This document shows, piece after piece, positions 57,419-64,000 of a DNA stretch of 64,000 nt (positions are counted from its first letter, which is position 1; each line of letters opens with the position of its first letter). Source of the DNA: a virus. A program made the translations under genes and the position numbers. Below the pieces are notes generated by a model. That model searched no databases and was not told where the DNA came from. It worked only from the letters and a program-made list of their open reading frames with translations. The stretch covers positions 1 through 64,000 of IMG/VR virus record IMGVR_UViG_3300027712_001108; one strand, 5' to 3'.

Positions 57419-57768
57419 ATGGCATACGTAGTTACTGATAATTGTATTAAATGCAAATATACAGATTGTGTCGCAGTCTGCCCGTAGCGGTAGATTGTTT
57501 TTACGAAGGCGAAAACATGCTGGTAATCAATCCCATTGAATGCATAGATTGCGGTGTTTGTGAACCTGAATGCCCTGCCGGTGCAATTAAAATGTATACA
57601 GAAGCCACACCAGAACTTAAACCGTGGTTGAATCTCAATACCAAATACAGTGCATTATGGCCTAATATTGCAACTATGCGCAGACATGAAGAAGGTGCCG
57701 AAGATTATGACGGTGAGCCGGGTAAACTCAACAAATACTTTTCGCCCAAGCCGGGAACTGGAGTTTAA
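57419..57768 (+). pseudogene. fdxA: 7Fe ferredoxin (FdxA-type) interrupted by a 5-nt insertion
   Basis: AGGAGG, then [25 protein letters not shown]; resumes 2 nt later as [29 protein letters not shown]. Confidence 0.88.
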
Positions 57769-60700
57769 CTCCAGTTACCGATAGTTACGTTGCTGCCCAG
57801 TGTACTAGTATTGCCAACTGGGTAAATTCGCATCCATGAGCCGGGTGCTACTGCATAAGCAGTAGGTGTGCCGCTGTCCAATGTAATTTGTGGAGTTAGC
57901 GTACCGCCAGTACCTATGCCCACCATACCGGTGATCTGTATCAAGAAGTTTTGGCTACCATTGGCAGGCGCAGCCGTGATTGTAGTCATAGTGCTGAAGT
58001 TGGTTCTAAGGTTTGAATTCATCATACTGCTTGCAGCAATAGTTACGTTGCTAGCACCAAGCTTACTGATAACAGCATAATCGTGCTCTACTGGCACGGC
58101 AGTACCACCCAAACTGTATTGCAATACAGAACCGTTTGCACCCGCTTTACCGATGCTGGCCACAATCTCATACCAGTAACGAGTACCGCCAGTTACTGCA
58201 ACACTTTGTCCAAACAAGCTATTAGTTACAGGCTGTGCTGCCAGTGGTAATGCACGTAATGCACCAAGTTGGAAATACTGTGCAGTAGTTATAACACCTC
58301 GCTGTGTACCACTGGGTGTTGCATACATGCTGTAGCCATCGTATTCAATCGCACCTGCTACAGCAGCAGCCTTAACAGGGCCGCTGTTTAGATTAATAGG
58401 TGCAGCCGCGGTAGATCCGGCCGACACTGTTAGATTGCCCACATAGACATTGCCAGCTATGCCAGCACCGCCGTTCACTACCAACGCACCTGTGCCAGTG
58501 CTGGTGCTGGGTGTGGCATTGCCCACAGTTAAATTACCAACCAGTACAGGGCCAGTTAGATAACTGGCCACATTGGTATTACTGTATGGTGCTGCTAAAC
58601 CTGTCAAGCTGCTACCATCTCCGTAAAACTTAGTAGCATATACACTGGTGTTGGCATTGACACTGCCAATAACCAAATTGCCAGCGCCTTGTATAGCAGC
58701 ATTGCTGACAATGCTTGCAGCTTGTAATGTGCTTGAAAGATTAAGCGTTTGAGCTGCTATGGCAGTGTTGCTGACCAGTGCATTGACAGTTGCAGTGCCA
58801 ACGCTTTGTATTGTAGTGTTACTGCTGATGCTAGCAACTTGTGCTGCACCTGACAAGTTAAACGTTTGTCCTGCTATAGCACTGTTGCTGACAATGCTCT
58901 GTGCTGTCATTATTGTAGCAGCAGTTATAGTAGTATTGCTGAGTATCTGTTGTCCACGTAATACAGTGCTTGCATTTATATTAGGCGATGTTACTGATGT
59001 GTTACCAGTTATTGCTGGTGCGCTGACACTTGTACCTGCTTGTATAGTTGTGTTGCTATAGATAGCTGCAAGCTGTGCCAAGCCCGATGTGTTTAGTGTG
59101 CTGCTGAAGATATTGGTATTGCTGATTAAACTGCTAACCTGTGCAACACTGGTGCTATTAAATGTAGCAGTGGTCATGTTAACATTGTTGATCAAGCTAT
59201 TGGTTACAGCAGTACCAACAACGTTGAAGGTGTTGGTAATAGTCTGTAGATTGACTGTTAAACTGTTGACCTGCGCTGCTGCTATCACGTTGAGAGTGTT
59301 GGTCTGTATGCCAGTGTTATTGACCAAGCTGTTGGTTATTACTGTATCACCCACGTTCAGCGTGTTGGTAGTAGTCAATAAATTGGTAGTAAGACTATTA
59401 ACCTGTGCAGCACCTGTTACATTAAGTGTGGCACTTTGTATACCAGTGTTGTTGACTATGGACTGGGATGTTAATGTGCCAATGCTTTGTATAGCAGTGT
59501 TGGCTATCAAACGATCTACTCTAACAGTACCAGTGCTTGTAATTGTACCTGTAGTCACTGATAAGTTGCTAATAAACTGATTTACCTGCGCTGCGCCTGC
59601 CACTGTTAGTGTTTGTGCAAATGCACTGGCATTGGTCACAGTGTTTTGAATATAAGCAGTACCGCCTATATTCAAACTATCCGCAAAACCTGCGCCGCCT
59701 AGCACACTGAGATTGCTAAGCACACCAACCTGTGTGATACCCAGTTGTGATGCTTGTATGACCTGCCCTACTATGGTATTGGCAGTGATGCTGCCAGTGG
59801 CTGAAATATTGCCTACACTTATATTACCTATGAATGCGCTGGTGCCGGATACTTGCAGTTTGTTTATACCATCGTCTACTGAGCCAAGTACCCAACGGCC
59901 GTTGCTGATCAATCCAGCTACGTTGGCAGATTGTATACCGCCAGTGGTGAATACAATTTGCTTGCCAGGCTTGGCAGTGCTTATTACCAAATTGCTGTCA
60001 CTGCTGTAAAGATAACCATCCAGTGCCTTTTGTGCGCTGTATTGTACAGAATTATAGGTACTGTTGTTGATACCCAGGTCCACATAGTTGATGCTATCTG
60101 TGCCAGTATCTGCTGTAGCTATAAAATCGCTGCTGGCAGCAGGATCTGCCAATATGTTTTGCACAGTTACTTGAACTGTGCCTGCTGACGTACCAGTTAC
60201 CTGTAAGTTGGCATTGGCAAAGTCTGCCAAGGGTTCTATACCAATCTGTAAATTGCCAGTGATATACGCTGTGTTGGCATGCAGATCACCGCCGACACCA
60301 TCACCTATATAGACATTGCCCTGTGCATAGAGATCAGTGTTGAAGTTCCAGCCGGGAGGGCTAGCACTATACAGCATGCTCACAGCAATTTGACTGTTGC
60401 CTAACACAAATCCGCCTTGATCAATCAAGTTGGTAGTTGTGGCACCATTGCCTGCATAGATAACTCTGTTGGTAACCTGTAGATCTGTAGACTGTGTTGC
60501 GCTGATGTTGCCAGTGACAGTGAGGTTGCCCACAGTGAGGTCATTGAAGAATGGATTGCTGTTGGTATTGAGATTCTGTGGCAAGCTCAGCGTGACGTTG
60601 CCGCCTAGTCTATTAACATATACTTGATCTTCTGTGCCTGCTATGTCCAGTACGGCGCTGGTAGTGAGGTTAATACCGTTGTTGACTGCTGCGGTGACTG

Positions 60701-61688
60701 ACAGACCAGTGCCGGGATTTACATAGCTGACACCTGCCGTGGTGACATTGCTGCCATCACTGAACACGATGCCTTTGAGTGCAGTGACATTGCCTGCAAA
60801 TGTAGTGCTGCCGTTTATCTGACTGCTGCCACCGCTGATGCTGAGACCGTTGCTGGTTATGCTACCATAGCTGACGACATTGCCGTAGGTGACCACATTG
60901 CCATATGTGGTGTTAGTACCGTAACTGATGCTGTTGCCTGTGACAGTGAGATCTGTACCAACCAGCACGTTGCTAACAAGTTGGATACCAGCACTGTCAA
61001 ATGTGGCTATTTTAGCAATGACGTTGCTGCCCACTGCTGTGGTCCAGATTTGAACATTGGTGCCTTTGGCCAATTCAGTTTGAGCTTCGGTCGCAACCAA
61101 GTCAACACGAGCAGTGCTGATACTGGCAAATCCGTTGCTACTGTAAGGGTTGGCACCCAATCGTGATATGATATCACCGGCTAGAGTTTGTAATGGTACC
61201 GCAGCGGTACCGCGTGCTCGTCGTCCTATAAATGCTGAATAGGCATTACTACCATATGAATCATTGTATACTCGTGACGGGCTCGTATCCAATCCTGTCA
61301 ATTGCAGCATTACACCAGTATTTCGAGGTTGGCTCTGGTCGCCGGTAATGTTGCCTATGATCTGCACAGCAGCAGTCAGTGGGTTTATGCTAACGTTGCT
61401 GCGCACAGTCATGACGCCTGTTGGGTCCACGTACAGTGTGTTGTAAAGCTGGCTTTCGTTCTGTATCTTTAATCCGCCACGACTGAATGTAATCGCATTG
61501 CCTGTATTTTCAATTCGTATTGGTGGTACAGATGGATCCGGGTCGCTTACTACTATGCTGCTAGCACCAACATATAGATTGCCAAATGTCTGGACAGGCG
61601 AGCCCAGCGATAACACGTTGCTGCTAGATGGCAACAAACTGCCAGTTATAGAAGTATTACCGATCAGCTTATTAGTGATATAGCTCAT
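57765..61688 (-). CDS. Long tail-fibre / virion fibre protein
   Basis: 1307 aa, Thr/Ser/Asn/Gly-rich; [13 protein letters not shown] repeats; [24 protein letters not shown] fibre motif. Confidence 0.8.
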   Translation of the reverse strand: MSYITNKLIGNTSITGSLLPSSSNVLSLGSPVQTFGNLYVGASSIVVSDPDPSVPPIRIENTGNAITFSRGGLKIQNESQLYNTLYVDPTGVMTVRSNVSINPLTAAVQIIGNITGDQSQPRNTGVMLQLTGLDTSPSRVYNDSYGSNAYSAFIGRRARGTAAVPLQTLAGDIISRLGANPYSSNGFASISTARVDLVATEAQTELAKGTNVQIWTTAVGSNVIAKIATFDSAGIQLVSNVLVGTDLTVTGNSISYGTNTTYGNVVTYGNVVSYGSITSNGLSISGGSSQINGSTTFAGNVTALKGIVFSDGSNVTTAGVSYVNPGTGLSVTAAVNNGINLTTSAVLDIAGTEDQVYVNRLGGNVTLSLPQNLNTNSNPFFNDLTVGNLTVTGNISATQSTDLQVTNRVIYAGNGATTTNLIDQGGFVLGNSQIAVSMLYSASPPGWNFNTDLYAQGNVYIGDGVGGDLHANTAYITGNLQIGIEPLADFANANLQVTGTSAGTVQVTVQNILADPAASSDFIATADTGTDSINYVDLGINNSTYNSVQYSAQKALDGYLYSSDSNLVISTAKPGKQIVFTTGGIQSANVAGLISNGRWVLGSVDDGINKLQVSGTSAFIGNISVGNISATGSITANTIVGQVIQASQLGITQVGVLSNLSVLGGAGFADSLNIGGTAYIQNTVTNASAFAQTLTVAGAAQVNQFISNLSVTTGTITSTGTVRVDRLIANTAIQSIGTLTSQSIVNNTGIQSATLNVTGAAQVNSLTTNLLTTTNTLNVGDTVITNSLVNNTGIQTNTLNVIAAAQVNSLTVNLQTITNTFNVVGTAVTNSLINNVNMTTATFNSTSVAQVSSLISNTNIFSSTLNTSGLAQLAAIYSNTTIQAGTSVSAPAITGNTSVTSPNINASTVLRGQQILSNTTITAATIMTAQSIVSNSAIAGQTFNLSGAAQVASISSNTTIQSVGTATVNALVSNTAIAAQTLNLSSTLQAASIVSNAAIQGAGNLVIGSVNANTSVYATKFYGDGSSLTGLAAPYSNTNVASYLTGPVLVGNLTVGNATPSTSTGTGALVVNGGAGIAGNVYVGNLTVSAGSTAAAPINLNSGPVKAAAVAGAIEYDGYSMYATPSGTQRGVITTAQYFQLGALRALPLAAQPVTNSLFGQSVAVTGGTRYWYEIVASIGKAGANGSVLQYSLGGTAVPVEHDYAVISKLGASNVTIAASSMMNSNLRTNFSTMTTITAAPANGSQNFLIQITGMVGIGTGGTLTPQITLDSGTPTAYAVAPGSWMRIYPVGNTSTLGSNVTIGNWS

Positions 61689-61689
61689 G

Positions 61690-63756
<2,067 letters not shown>

Positions 63757-63796
63757 TTATATATAACTACCTGTATAAACACTGATAAATATCCAC

Positions 63797-64000
63797 ATGC
63801 TATTGATAACAAGTGGATGTAGTTTCAGCGAATGCCTAAGTGATTATATCGACACTTGGCCTCGGCATCTCGCTAAAGCATTGAGGTCTATACATATATC
63901 ATGTGGATTAGGATCACAAGGTAACGGGCTTATCAGCAGGAAATTACTGTACCAAGTATATACTGCATTGAAATCACACAGTGCTGACGATATTTTAGTA
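63797..64000 (+). CDS. SGNH/GDSL-like protein, partial (runs off window edge)
   Basis: MLLITSGCSFS...TWPRHLA...GLGSQGNGLISR; TAAATA 5 nt upstream. Confidence 0.65.
   Translation, partial: MLLITSGCSFSECLSDYIDTWPRHLAKALRSIHISCGLGSQGNGLISRKLLYQVYTALKSHSADDILV

Noticed and set aside
57485-57487. Amber (TAG) stop-codon reassignment
   Set aside because: Reading through TAG does not restore the ferredoxin frame, and TAG ends several full-length genes (9608, 22944, 27005).

Overview
This window is a 64-kb segment of a large tailed dsDNA phage (jumbo or T4-like in gene content). It is densely coding and mostly minus-strand. The host is most likely an alphaproteobacterium, inferred from the RpoD-like sigma factor, the FdxA-type ferredoxin and TTGACA-N17-GCTANNNY promoters. 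From left to right it contains: (1) the 5' part of a virion fibre gene; (2) host-takeover genes (Pnk-like kinase, DUF59/SufT, ClpP, ATP-grasp, DEDD exonuclease, Rnl1 RNA ligase, transglycosylase, Pth2-like, nitroreductase, DNA ligase) with three tandem T7-gp0.7-like protein kinases; (3) a ~560-nt ORF-free, highly structured stretch (15200-15760) that looks like a large minus-strand ncRNA; (4) a vWA gene pair, heme oxygenase plus PcyA-like bilin reductase, and spanin/holin genes; (5) a ~27-kb biosynthetic island (22005-49440) with 11 radical-SAM enzymes (one cobalamin-dependent, one circularly permuted), a NodU-type carbamoyltransferase, nucleotide-sugar enzymes, sulfotransferase-like, 2OG-Fe(II) oxygenase and methyltransferase genes, and a Na+/solute symporter; (6) RpoD, HNH, SOD, GT2, exonuclease, GNAT, a frameshifted ferredoxin, and long Thr/Asn-rich and collagen-like fibres. 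A recurring TAAATA motif 4-8 nt before many start codons suggests T4-like late promoters making near-leaderless mRNAs. I found no tRNA, rRNA or CRISPR array. All calls come from motif recognition by eye; no database search was run.
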